From the IMG/VR virus record IMGVR_UViG_3300046059_000016, positions 1-46,493 of that record: a stretch of DNA of 46,493 nucleotides; one strand, 5' to 3'. The DNA is from a virus (lineage: Duplodnaviria; Caudoviricetes). The notes beneath the pieces are model-generated. The model saw nothing but the letters and a program-made list of their open reading frames with translations. It was not told where the DNA came from and did not search any database. Made by a program: the position numbers and the translations under genes. Of this stretch, positions 8,850 through 18,825 are shown one piece after another. Each line of letters opens with the position of its first letter. Positions within the stretch are counted from its first letter, which is position 1.

Positions 8850-9276
8850 TGTTTCCCAGCGGATCCCTGGGATGTGGGAAAACGGATCACCGTGTGCTGT
8901 GATCCGGGGGATCCCTGGGCAGTTCAAAGTAGTGTGTCGGGTGGTGTAAACGTTCGGGAACTGGTTTCCGTGGGGGTGATTTGCCGTTCCTCGGGAACTA
9001 TGCTATGAATCCCGACAGGAACAGGCCCAGATCTGATTTGCTTCAGATCGCTTCAGATTGCGTTCTAAGCGCATCCCTACAGGGTGGGATACATACCACC
9101 CAGAAAGAAATCAAACGGATTTGGGTGTCTCGGGTTCTTTACCTTCCGATAGTAGGCGTTTCAGGGTTTCGTGGGGGTACTTAAAGGGCGAAGCCGTTTT
9201 GGGGCTGTATCAGTATTCTTAGGGATGGCACCATACCACCATAGAACCTGTTTGTGGTTCGGTTCGGATGGATGTA

Positions 9277-11016
9277 TCAGATTACCCGAACATTATCGAA
9301 TGTCTCGCCAGTCTCGGTTTCCACCTGCCAGGTTCCATCATCGTTCTGGGAAACCAGGGTTCCCACGATGGGGAAATCATCCTGGCTGGTAGATTCATCA
9401 TCCTGCACCTGGCGGGTGGTGGTTACGCTGGTGGCATATTGGGCCACGTTGTTACTGATGTCGTTCCTGATCATCGAGGATCCAGCCCCGATCTGATCAG
9501 CCAGATTCGGTTTCGATGAACCGAAATCGATCAGCGTTTTCGCTTCCTCGGGCGTCACCCGCGTTTCCACTTTCTCGATGGTGTATGTGTTGTCAACCAC
9601 CTTTTGCGGGATCCCCCTGCTGGGATAGAACACTTCAGCCAGATCACCAGGCGTTGCGGGGTGCAGCCCAGATGTCGGGGCCTGCCCAGTAACCGGGGTT
9701 CGGTAGAATTCCCGAAGGGCCTTCTTCCCAATTTCGATGGCCTGGAACCAGGATGTGAACTGATTCGAAGCCAGTTTTTCGCCTCGGATATTGATCTGAT
9801 CGATGTCATTCTGGCCATTTCCTGGGCTGCTGTCGTAGATCACGCCTGCATTTGGATATTCCCCGGTTTCGAACGGGTTATCCAGCGACCACTGGAAATC
9901 GCCATCGTAGGCCCAGGCCCACATGTTCACCCCTTTTGACCCTACCACTTTGATGAAGTTCCGAACGCCATCCAGATCCCTGGATGCGACCGGCTTCAGC
10001 ACGTTATCCCCTTCACGGAACACGTAGGTGTCCGGGTTCGCTTCTTCCTCGGGTTGCACGATCAGTTCATCAGCCGCATCATCCACGTAAAATTCCCAGT
10101 CGCGGGCTGAATCCAGCCCACTTATATACTGCACGATGCGGCTGATCGCCTGGCGAACCGAAGTGAGACTGTCCAACTGCAGCCGCCAGTCTGTCTTTAC
10201 GTAGTTGAAAATGTTCGCACCGAACCAAATGCCATCATCGGGATCACCACTGCTGAAGTCCGGGATGTCGGTGCTGATTGAAGTAACTTCATCCCACAGT
10301 TCATTCCCACCCGACAGTGCCAGTTTGAATATATCATCACCGAACGCTTCCTGGGGATCATCACCAGGGGGAAGATCGATGCTGGCTTTCACCGTGCTAC
10401 CATCATCATCGTTTCCGGTGATGTCCATCGTATAGGTGTTCCCGGTCCCGTTGTAGTAGTTATCAAATCGGATTTCCGCTTCCTTCCCCTGATCCGTTGT
10501 TTCGTGCTGTTCGAAATCTTCACTGTTTACACCGAATCCGGGGACGTGGGCCACACTAATCTTCCCGAAATCGGTGGATCCAGCGAACGTTCCGTATGTG
10601 GATTCCAGATCCGAGGGATCGAACGTGATTTCCCGAACTTTCCCTGCAGATTGATCCAGGATCGCATCGATCACCCGGAACAGGTTCGATTCGCTGATTA
10701 CGCCCACTGCAGTCGCATCATCCATCACGCCGATGGGTGTGCGTGCATCCACCGTAACGACTGGGCGGGTTTCATCATCAGATACGCTATCAGTGAAGCC
10801 ATCGAACCGCTTCACCGTATTCCCATCATCCAGTCGGATCGAAATATCCCGCTGTTCTTCCAGGGCATGTGGCCGCTTCGATGTATCGAGTTTTACCGTG
10901 GCTGAATCCACCCCCTGTTCCTCGATGATGCTTATTTGGGCCACATCTTCGGATACATCCCCTTCAGGCTGGATGGTGACTGTCCAATCTACAGCGAACG
11001 CCTGGGTGTCTGGCAT
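9277..11016 (-). CDS. tail tip/baseplate hub protein (putative)
   Basis: 579 aa, last gene of tail module, hub-like layout (WEFYVD, FREGDNV, RNFIKVVG). Confidence 0.65.
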   Translation of the reverse strand: MPDTQAFAVDWTVTIQPEGDVSEDVAQISIIEEQGVDSATVKLDTSKRPHALEEQRDISIRLDDGNTVKRFDGFTDSVSDDETRPVVTVDARTPIGVMDDATAVGVISESNLFRVIDAILDQSAGKVREITFDPSDLESTYGTFAGSTDFGKISVAHVPGFGVNSEDFEQHETTDQGKEAEIRFDNYYNGTGNTYTMDITGNDDDGSTVKASIDLPPGDDPQEAFGDDIFKLALSGGNELWDEVTSISTDIPDFSSGDPDDGIWFGANIFNYVKTDWRLQLDSLTSVRQAISRIVQYISGLDSARDWEFYVDDAADELIVQPEEEANPDTYVFREGDNVLKPVASRDLDGVRNFIKVVGSKGVNMWAWAYDGDFQWSLDNPFETGEYPNAGVIYDSSPGNGQNDIDQINIRGEKLASNQFTSWFQAIEIGKKALREFYRTPVTGQAPTSGLHPATPGDLAEVFYPSRGIPQKVVDNTYTIEKVETRVTPEEAKTLIDFGSSKPNLADQIGAGSSMIRNDISNNVAQYATSVTTTRQVQDDESTSQDDFPIVGTLVSQNDDGTWQVETETGETFDNVRVI

Positions 11017-11041
11017 GGTAGAAGTGGATCAAATCAGGATT

Positions 11042-11860
11042 TCACATCGAAAGCGTCCATGTCACCTTCAGTTCCTGGCTGCTGGTTTTATCGATGGTGG
11101 GGGATACGACAGTCCGGTTCAGCATCGTATCATCGCCGGATCCCTGGGCTGCAGCACTGGCAGGCAGGCCGAATAGCCCCGCTTCAGCGATGGATATGTT
11201 CGCCTGGCCAGTTCCGAACAGCCAGGTGCCAGTTATTTCCACAGCGGAAGCATCCTGGGTGTATTCCCCGTTGTTCGTGCCTGAATCCAGTTCGATCCGT
11301 TCTGATTCGGATCCGAGGCTGGTGTCGGAATCGGCCACGCTGCTACCATCTGTTCCGACAGCCAGCCACCTGAAGGGGTGCTGCACGTATTCCACATCCA
11401 GGGAAACGTTATCAGTTCCCGATGAAGGTGCGCCGCTGAAGTAGATGATCCCGTTCCAGTAATCCAGTGCGAAATCAGTGTTCGATTCCGACTTGCTGGC
11501 CCCATCAACCGTTACGTTTGATACGTTTTCCACGGGATAGTAGGGGTATGGCAGTTGGAACTGGGTGGTGGATCCATCCCCGCTGAAGGTTTGGGTGACT
11601 GGCCCACGCGGTAGGCCAGCCAGCCACCGAAGGATTTCGTTTTCCCCTTCATCTACCACCGTGTTCAGCACCTGGCGTTCCTCGATGTCGCCAGTGTCTG
11701 CATCGATCAGTTCGAAGGTGAACTGCCCCTTCGGTTTTACTTCATCCAGGAAGCGGCCACGCACCAGATCGCTGGCACGCCCCGTGATCTGACCCAGGAT
11801 GTTCTTTGCATCAGCCAGTTCGATTTCTCGGATGTCGGGTTCATCGTTCATCGTGATCAC
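11042..11860 (-). CDS. minor tail protein
   Basis: TFSGDGSTTQFQL insert, LAVGTD...LGSE and IAEAGLF segments typical of tail proteins. Confidence 0.65.
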   Translation of the reverse strand: MITMNDEPDIREIELADAKNILGQITGRASDLVRGRFLDEVKPKGQFTFELIDADTGDIEERQVLNTVVDEGENEILRWLAGLPRGPVTQTFSGDGSTTQFQLPYPYYPVENVSNVTVDGASKSESNTDFALDYWNGIIYFSGAPSSGTDNVSLDVEYVQHPFRWLAVGTDGSSVADSDTSLGSESERIELDSGTNNGEYTQDASAVEITGTWLFGTGQANISIAEAGLFGLPASAAAQGSGDDTMLNRTVVSPTIDKTSSQELKVTWTLSM

Positions 11861-12597
11861 TTCCCGTATGCTTCCCAGTCGAAATCAGCCGTGGATCCGC
11901 TGGCCCCGGCTGCTGTAACCTTTGCCTCGATGGTGAACCCCGTGGTGCTGATCGATGTGGGATCCACCCGAATGAAGCCGAATTCCGCTGCCGTATCCCC
12001 CAGCGCGTTCAGCCAGGCGTTCGCCTGATCCACCGCGTTCTGATACGGGTTCGTGAAGGATACTGAAGCAGTTTTCACGCCAGTGGTATCGATGGCGATG
12101 GTGCCAGATGTGCCTGCTTTCCGGCCAGTGATCGAGGCAGCCACCGCATCTTCCCGAAACGGAACGTATTCCCGGAAATCCGTGGTGCCAGTCACCCCGG
12201 AACTGTCCGTGGTGGCTTCCCAGATCTTCATCACGTACTGGCCGGATGGCGTGGATCCATCGCTGGTGTAAACCACTTCAGCGTTCCCGCTGGCAGAATC
12301 ACGCACCACCAGGAAAATTTCGTTCGTGCTGGATGCATCCAGGGATAGGGTAATGGTGGTATCATTCACCACCAGATGGCCCCCGAGGAACGCTTTGCCA
12401 GATGCGCCCGTATCGATGTCTATATCCAGCGAACTTCCGCTATGGGATTCATCGAAGTGGCCCCCAGCGAACGGATTAGCGATGTGATCCGACATCCGCC
12501 CACCGTGCTGCTGCACCAGCCGATCCCGTTCGGAATCGATGGCTGATTCCTCGGAAAAGCCGGAATTTGAACCGACTGGATACGCTTCGATGGCCAT
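11857..12597 (-). CDS. tail fibre/minor tail protein
   Basis: S/T/G-rich beta protein; C-terminal VSF..PY...STTGFTI...WEAYG fibre-like domain; own late promoter. Confidence 0.6.
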   Translation of the reverse strand: MAIEAYPVGSNSGFSEESAIDSERDRLVQQHGGRMSDHIANPFAGGHFDESHSGSSLDIDIDTGASGKAFLGGHLVVNDTTITLSLDASSTNEIFLVVRDSASGNAEVVYTSDGSTPSGQYVMKIWEATTDSSGVTGTTDFREYVPFREDAVAASITGRKAGTSGTIAIDTTGVKTASVSFTNPYQNAVDQANAWLNALGDTAAEFGFIRVDPTSISTTGFTIEAKVTAAGASGSTADFDWEAYGK

Positions 12598-12607
12598 TAT
12601 CTGACGA

Positions 12608-12647
12608 AACGGCAGTTCAGCCCATAAACCAGCATCACGCTGGATTC
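12608..12647 (-). promoter_or_regulatory. Late-type promoter (CCAGCGTGATGC-TGG-TTTATG)
   Basis: TATA 12623-12628, 25 nt from ATG; 38/40 identical to 19363-19402. Confidence 0.8.
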
Positions 12648-12660
12648 AGGCTGGGTGGGA

Positions 12661-13737
12661 TTACTTCAGGTTCGTCCCCTGGAAGATGTCATTTACTACA
12701 TCAATAGGAATCGATGACAGCGAGCTGTCCCAGGTGTCTGTGGCCGGATCGAAAGCCTGGAAAGATCCATTATATGTGGCATAGATCCTTCCATCAGATC
12801 CAGATGCGATTTCAACACCAGAACCACTACTGAAAGGAAGTGGGGAAAAGTTCGTATTCCAAGTATTGGTGGATGGATCGTACCTTCGAACTTCATCATC
12901 CCCACCATCTTCATTCCCACCCATAGACCACACGTACCCCTGGTGGCTGGTGTTCCCCTGGACTTCATACTTGTTTGGAGTGTCATTATCCAATTCCACG
13001 TAACTATCATCAGCAGGGTCATATCGCCAGATGGTTCCAGCAGTTACCCCATATTTATCCGCCAGTGATGTTCCTGGTTGAATGTCGCCGGAACAGATAT
13101 AGATTTTCCCACCGATCACGGCTGTTCCGTGGCCTTCCCAGTTCCTCGGGGGATCGGTGGGAGTCTGTTCCCAGGAACCAGATCCGGGGACGTATTTATG
13201 CACATATTCCTGGTTTTCGTCGTCCCCGCCGATGGAATAGACAGCCCCACCCGCTGCTGCACCAGCGGGATAATCTTTATCGATAGGTATGTCAGGTAAC
13301 TGTTCCCAGGTGTCTGAACCAGGATCATACTTCCAGGTGGGTTCTGAACCAGATGTTCCACTGGCACCCCCACCACAGTAATAGATAATATCATTCAGGG
13401 TGGCCCCAGTGGGATACGTCGATGTATGGGGTGGGTTTGCCCGGATTTCCCAGGTATCCTGAGAAATATCATACAGTGCGGTCGTATTCCCATCTGAAGC
13501 CACGATGTAATCGAAGGGGCCTTCACCGCTTCCAGTTCCTGCCGCTGCAGATGGGGAAACCTGGGCCAGATCAGTACCCACCATGATGGCACTATCGCTG
13601 GCAGATGGTGAACTGGATGGGCCACGCGCCATCCCGTCGCTATACAAGATGGCCAGATTATCCGAGGATAGGTTAGTGACATCCGAGGCTGCCAGAACAT
13701 CTTCCAGGATCAGAGCTTCATCCCCAGGTTCAGACAT
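12661..13737 (-). CDS. Kelch-repeat beta-propeller protein, putative receptor-binding/tail protein
   Basis: Repeated (IY/VY)xxGG...YDPxxxxW units. Confidence 0.85.
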   Translation of the reverse strand: MSEPGDEALILEDVLAASDVTNLSSDNLAILYSDGMARGPSSSPSASDSAIMVGTDLAQVSPSAAAGTGSGEGPFDYIVASDGNTTALYDISQDTWEIRANPPHTSTYPTGATLNDIIYYCGGGASGTSGSEPTWKYDPGSDTWEQLPDIPIDKDYPAGAAAGGAVYSIGGDDENQEYVHKYVPGSGSWEQTPTDPPRNWEGHGTAVIGGKIYICSGDIQPGTSLADKYGVTAGTIWRYDPADDSYVELDNDTPNKYEVQGNTSHQGYVWSMGGNEDGGDDEVRRYDPSTNTWNTNFSPLPFSSGSGVEIASGSDGRIYATYNGSFQAFDPATDTWDSSLSSIPIDVVNDIFQGTNLK

Positions 13738-13739
13738 AA

Positions 13740-16112
13740 TTATCCCCCGTATCTGGCGGTGATCCCGCCACCTTCATATTCGTTCCCGCCAGTGTCGTAT
13801 TTCGCCCCCAGTATTTCCCACTGGGTGTTCGGATTCTGATCTTCATCGTTAGATGAAAAAATAGCCAGCGGAAGGCTGTCAACTGTGGGCGTGTTCGAAC
13901 CCCCCGAACTAAGATTGATCTTGATGCGGAAATCAGTGTGCGAACTATTCCAGGCGATAGTGTATGATGTGGCACCATCGAGCGTAATAGACTGGATTTC
14001 TTCCCCAGCCAGTGTGGGGCTTCCGATCACATCCAGCGTGGCCGATTCCCCATTCAGTGAATAAACCAGGCTATCCAGATCAGGTTCGAACGGTTGGCTG
14101 AAGGATTTCGTGGCCGTGGTGAGTGATCCCGACGAAACGTAACTGGAACCCCCAGATGTTTCCAGTTCGAGAGCAAAGGGGCTGGAATATTCAGTCCATG
14201 AACCACCACCGTCATTACTGTAATAGAAATTTTCATTCGTAGATGTGGTTTCGGTGGAAAGCCCCACATTTGAATAGCCTGTCCCACCGTTCTGGTATCC
14301 ATCAATCACGACGTGATACCGCTTTCCGTCCGTTAACGTCACCCCGGGGATGTCCCTGTAAAACCACTGCCCAGTGGATCCCGGATCAATCAGGCTGCTT
14401 TCCCATAACGGGTTCAGTGCATCAGCACGCCCGCCGCCATCATCTGGGCAAATGGCCACCCGAACTTCCCCTTCGGAGTTGCCTTCTTCCAACCATACAC
14501 CCACCCGCGAAGCATCACTGCCATTCCCCACAAATGACATACTATAAAAGTCAGAAGAACTATTTCCGATATTTCCAACCTGGCCATCGTCATGCGCGAG
14601 ATCAATATACGTGCTGTTTGATGTGGCCAGTTCTACCACATCCGAAGGGTGTACCACATCGGTTTCAGACACTGCCGAATCCCAGTCCGTTTCAGTTTCC
14701 CACGCCACGGTTTCAGAAACGCCGGATCCAGTGGATCCCCCATCCACTACAGCCACAGAATCAGACAGCGTGGAAATCCCCCGGAAAGTTAGTGTGCCGT
14801 CGCCCAGGGAAAGGCTGTCTGTTAGACCGGCTAACCCCATCCACGGAAGCGTGGAGCCAGAGACTGCCATCTGATCAGATATGGCCAGTAGCCGTTCGAA
14901 ACTGAACTGCTGATCCGAGACAGCCAGATCAGACCGAAAGTTCAGATCGCCCAGTTCATCATCTGAAAAACGGGTTCCGGTAAGGCAGGATCGCGTATCA
15001 CGGATGTCGTTCACGCTGCTGGTTCCAGTGTCCACTTCGAACAGCGGAACGGTGTTCCCAGGGAACCCGGATGTCCCTCGATTCACCTGGCCGTAGCCAT
15101 CGCCATCACCATCTTCCGCCCAGATGTAATTCGTGGCGTTCTGATCGAGGGTTCCGAAATCTTCCGGCCATTCGATGTAGTCCCCATCCAGTTTCCCCGT
15201 GCCACCGGACACCCGGTAATCCAGGGCATCGGGATAATCCTCGGTATCATCGCCCAGCCGTTCGAATATCCCATCTTCATCGCAGTTGGAAACGTAGGTG
15301 CTGGAATCCTGCACGTCCCGATCCACGTATTTCGACACTTCACCGATCCCGGATCCCGGATCCATCACCACCAGCAGATCCAGATCATACTGGAACATCC
15401 CCGTAAGGTAATCCGGTGCCTCGGGGCTGTTCCTGATTGAAAGGGAATCAACCAGCACCCAGCCGTTCTGGAATTCAGCGGATAGGTAGGCCAGCGTATT
15501 TGATCTGGCAGTTTTCCACAGGTTGGCCTGGCCACCACCATCAATCATCCCGCTGATCTTCACCTTCGGGATTAGCCCCTCGGTGTCCACCGATCTGGCG
15601 ATTCCCTGCAGCCGCTTCACCTTTTCAGTCTGCCGTTCGTAGTTCTGCTGCACTTGGTTCGGATCGTAACCCAGATCCAGATCCCCAAATTCGAACGTGT
15701 TCCCGGTGTCGGGTGCGCTGTGGGCTGGGTAAGCAGAATCATCCGTAGATTCCGAATTCACGGTGAAGGTAAATTTATAGGAAGATTCGCCGGATTCCTG
15801 CCGGAACGGATCATCCTCGATCACGCACTTCCCGGTGAAGAACGGATCAAATTCCACCTGCACTTCACCACCCTCGATGGCGATTTGCTGTAGTTTTTCC
15901 AGTTCGGCCAGATCATCGGTGCCACCCAGGGTGGGATCCAGCGCCAGCGTGCCATCCACCTGAAACTGCAGATCCTGGCTATCCGACTGGTAGAAGGCAG
16001 TGGATTTCCGATTAAACGCTGTCTGTGGACTGTTCGATAGGCGTGCCAGTTTCCGGTATTCCTCGGGTGGGTTTTCGAAGGTGTAACCACCCACGGTAAG
16101 TTCATATGCCAT
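13740..16112 (-). CDS. distal tail-like protein with C-terminal beta domains
   Basis: Immediately downstream of tape measure; 790 aa. Confidence 0.65.
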   Translation of the reverse strand: MAYELTVGGYTFENPPEEYRKLARLSNSPQTAFNRKSTAFYQSDSQDLQFQVDGTLALDPTLGGTDDLAELEKLQQIAIEGGEVQVEFDPFFTGKCVIEDDPFRQESGESSYKFTFTVNSESTDDSAYPAHSAPDTGNTFEFGDLDLGYDPNQVQQNYERQTEKVKRLQGIARSVDTEGLIPKVKISGMIDGGGQANLWKTARSNTLAYLSAEFQNGWVLVDSLSIRNSPEAPDYLTGMFQYDLDLLVVMDPGSGIGEVSKYVDRDVQDSSTYVSNCDEDGIFERLGDDTEDYPDALDYRVSGGTGKLDGDYIEWPEDFGTLDQNATNYIWAEDGDGDGYGQVNRGTSGFPGNTVPLFEVDTGTSSVNDIRDTRSCLTGTRFSDDELGDLNFRSDLAVSDQQFSFERLLAISDQMAVSGSTLPWMGLAGLTDSLSLGDGTLTFRGISTLSDSVAVVDGGSTGSGVSETVAWETETDWDSAVSETDVVHPSDVVELATSNSTYIDLAHDDGQVGNIGNSSSDFYSMSFVGNGSDASRVGVWLEEGNSEGEVRVAICPDDGGGRADALNPLWESSLIDPGSTGQWFYRDIPGVTLTDGKRYHVVIDGYQNGGTGYSNVGLSTETTSTNENFYYSNDGGGSWTEYSSPFALELETSGGSSYVSSGSLTTATKSFSQPFEPDLDSLVYSLNGESATLDVIGSPTLAGEEIQSITLDGATSYTIAWNSSHTDFRIKINLSSGGSNTPTVDSLPLAIFSSNDEDQNPNTQWEILGAKYDTGGNEYEGGGITARYGG

Positions 16113-16117
16113 CTGTA

Positions 16118-18430
16118 TCAGGTTCCGTTATTAGATCGCTTTTCTCGGTTTACCTGCCCGGCCATATTCCGGCTGAAACTGTAGGGATCAGACTGCAGAT
16201 CCCCACCCACATCCACGTTCACTTCCGTGTTATTAACCTGCTGCTGGATCCCCTGGGCCTGTTCTCGGTTCTGCTGCTGTGCCTGGCTGAAATCGGTGTT
16301 CCGCTGCTGCAGGTTCAGATCTTCAGCGATCCCCGAGGTATCCACTTGATCCAGGGTTTCCACTTCCCCAATGTCCCTACCGATCACATCAGATACCGCA
16401 TCGGCCACTTCATCGATTCCTTCCAGGAAGCCGTTCACGATTTCGATCACGCCGTTTATCGCTGTATCGATGGCGGTGCTGATCAGTTCGATAATGCCGT
16501 TAAACGCCCCAGCGAACAGGTTAAACAGGGTGTTCAGTTGCACTTCGGCTGCCGAAACCAGGAAGATCAGCCCTTCCATCACCAGGCTGGGCAGCGTATC
16601 GAGGAAGAACCCCACGAACGCATCGGCCAGCCCGCTGATGAATCCGATCACGAACGATCCGATTCCGGTGAAGATGTTCACGAACCACTGGCCCAGGCCC
16701 ATCAGCCCCTGGATCACCATGTTCCCGACGTTTTCGAACGCCGAACCGAAGATGTCCCAGATCTGCATGAAGTTATCTACAGCCCCCTGGATGTCGCCAC
16801 GCACCAGTTCCACGATGGCTGCACCGATGGCAGCGATCAGCGGGAACAGGCCCAGGGTAAGCACCGACAGCAGTACCAGGATGGAATCCACCACATCTTC
16901 CCCGAGGATTTTACCCATCATCTGGCCTGCATCACCTACCAGTTCGAACACGCCCAGCATATCGAGGATCTTCACGCCCACCAGCCCGACAGCAGCACCG
17001 ACGGCTGCCAGGGCAGCGGTGGATCCGGCGATGGCGCTGATCAGGGCAGATCCGGCTTCCACGATGAACTGGAACGCCATCCCCAACTGGAACGCGCTGG
17101 GCAGCAGGCTAACCAGATACCCACCCATCGAGGAAAGCAAGCCGGTTAGCCCGCTGAACCCCAGCACGCCAGCCAGCGTGGATGCGATACCCGCCAGTTT
17201 CACCAGCACGGGAAGCAGCAGCAGGGTTCCGATCACCAGGTTCTGCATCCCTTCATCCATCCCGTTCACGGTTTCCATGAAGCCATCCAGCGCACGCACC
17301 AGCCCCGTGATCGCCGGGATCAGCACTTCACCCACGTTCGTTCCGAATTCCAGCAGCGTGGGGGCCATATCGATCAGCGCATCCAGCAGTTCGTTCAGTT
17401 CGGGGGCCAGTTCCTGCACCGAGGCTTTCATATCTTCCAGGGCAGCCCCGCCGTTATCCTGCAGGAAGCCGATCAGATCCCGAAGCACCGGCAGGGCAGC
17501 CCTGGCCAGATCGAACATCAGGCCGATTAGGGTGGGTAGCACATCGGCAGCGATGCCCCCGAAATCCCGAAGCGCCTGCTTGAACGAATCGGTGCCACCC
17601 ACCGCGTTCAGCATTTCTTCTACCACCGAGGGGATCGCATCCACCGCTTCTTCGATCAGCGGGATAAGTTCCCTGCCGAATTCCACCAGCAGCGGCTTCA
17701 GTTCTTCCTTCAGATCCTGCACCACACCGGCCAGCGCACCCGTGGCTGTCTGCTGATCTTCCAGTTCCTTCTTCTTCTTTCGTAACTGCCGAAGCCGTTT
17801 CTGCTGCTGTTTCGTAAGCGCACCCTCGGTGCGCTTCATCGTTTCATACTGGGCGATCAGGCGTTCCGTTTGGGCCAGTTCTTCCTGGTTCTGCTGGGCT
17901 TTCTGTTCCCCGAACGCCAATATCCCCGATCCGATGATCAGGCCGAACGCACCGGCCACAGCAGCCGCACCAGCGGCCAGCGCACCCAGCACCACCACCA
18001 GCGGGGCCAGCACCGTGATCGCTGTCAGCACAGCCGGGATCAGCGACAGCGTGAACGCGGTGGACAGCGATCCGATGGATAGACTGGCCCCCTGGCTGCT
18101 GATCGAGAGACTGGAAAACGCACCAGATGCAGACTGGCTTTTGACGGCTGCCTGCATCGCTTCATCGCCCACTTCATCCAGGGCAGACTGCAGGAATTCT
18201 GCCTGCACCCCGGTGGATAGGGCTTCATCGCCCACTTCATCCAGGGCAGACTGCAGGATCATGGCGGTTCGGGTGGCTTCCGACATTTCATCACTCGATG
18301 CATCCAGCCCTTCGGCTGCAGCGTGGCCATCGGCCTGCAGGTTCAGCATTTCATTCCCGACATCATCCAGGGATTCTTCGGCTGCCTCGGTTAGTGCTGA
18401 AACCAGCACCCGGACGTTCGCGTTAGCCAT
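16118..18430 (-). CDS. tape measure protein
   Basis: 770-aa A/L/G-rich helical protein with hydrophobic segments, follows the chaperone pair; internal QSALDEVGDEA repeat. Confidence 0.88.
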   Translation of the reverse strand: MANANVRVLVSALTEAAEESLDDVGNEMLNLQADGHAAAEGLDASSDEMSEATRTAMILQSALDEVGDEALSTGVQAEFLQSALDEVGDEAMQAAVKSQSASGAFSSLSISSQGASLSIGSLSTAFTLSLIPAVLTAITVLAPLVVVLGALAAGAAAVAGAFGLIIGSGILAFGEQKAQQNQEELAQTERLIAQYETMKRTEGALTKQQQKRLRQLRKKKKELEDQQTATGALAGVVQDLKEELKPLLVEFGRELIPLIEEAVDAIPSVVEEMLNAVGGTDSFKQALRDFGGIAADVLPTLIGLMFDLARAALPVLRDLIGFLQDNGGAALEDMKASVQELAPELNELLDALIDMAPTLLEFGTNVGEVLIPAITGLVRALDGFMETVNGMDEGMQNLVIGTLLLLPVLVKLAGIASTLAGVLGFSGLTGLLSSMGGYLVSLLPSAFQLGMAFQFIVEAGSALISAIAGSTAALAAVGAAVGLVGVKILDMLGVFELVGDAGQMMGKILGEDVVDSILVLLSVLTLGLFPLIAAIGAAIVELVRGDIQGAVDNFMQIWDIFGSAFENVGNMVIQGLMGLGQWFVNIFTGIGSFVIGFISGLADAFVGFFLDTLPSLVMEGLIFLVSAAEVQLNTLFNLFAGAFNGIIELISTAIDTAINGVIEIVNGFLEGIDEVADAVSDVIGRDIGEVETLDQVDTSGIAEDLNLQQRNTDFSQAQQQNREQAQGIQQQVNNTEVNVDVGGDLQSDPYSFSRNMAGQVNREKRSNNGT

Positions 18431-18818
18431 CCGGGTTCACCCGTTTTGGTGCATCATCCCCCGGCTGTTGCTGCATCTGTTTGGCTTCATCACGCTGCTG
18501 CATGATTTCATCCAACTGGGATAGTTGACCCTCGGGGGATGGGGCGTTCATCCCGGCCTGTTCCATCGATTCACGCTGTTCGGCGCGTTCGTGCTGATCG
18601 TGAATCATGTTCTGTCGTTCCTGGGGGGCTGCCACCCGGCTGCTGCTGGGATCCATCTGTTCACGCCGCTGTTCCCGCTGATCCTCGATGTGCCTGGATG
18701 TGGCCGCGTAGATGTCGTAATCCAGGTGGAACCGCTTTCCAGTCGGCAGGTGGTTCACGCCCAGGATTTCAGTCGGTGTGTATCCGTATTCCCTGGCCAT
18801 CAGCCCCGCTTTCAGCAT
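18423..18818 (-). CDS. tail assembly chaperone extension (GT-like, probably reached by frameshift)
   Basis: Lies between chaperone and tape measure; frame is open back to TTTC at 18834-18837. Confidence 0.7.
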   Translation of the reverse strand: MLKAGLMAREYGYTPTEILGVNHLPTGKRFHLDYDIYAATSRHIEDQREQRREQMDPSSSRVAAPQERQNMIHDQHERAEQRESMEQAGMNAPSPEGQLSQLDEIMQQRDEAKQMQQQPGDDAPKRVNPDG

Positions 18819-18825
18819 TACGGGG

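Noticed and set aside
18160-18260. Direct repeat in the tape measure gene
   Set aside because: In-frame protein repeat (QSALDEVGDEA), ordinary for tape measures
16106-18524. Long plus-strand ORFs (347, 461, 231 aa) and many similar antisense ORFs
   Set aside because: Shadows of minus-strand genes; S/I/P- or H/Q-rich, not halophile-like
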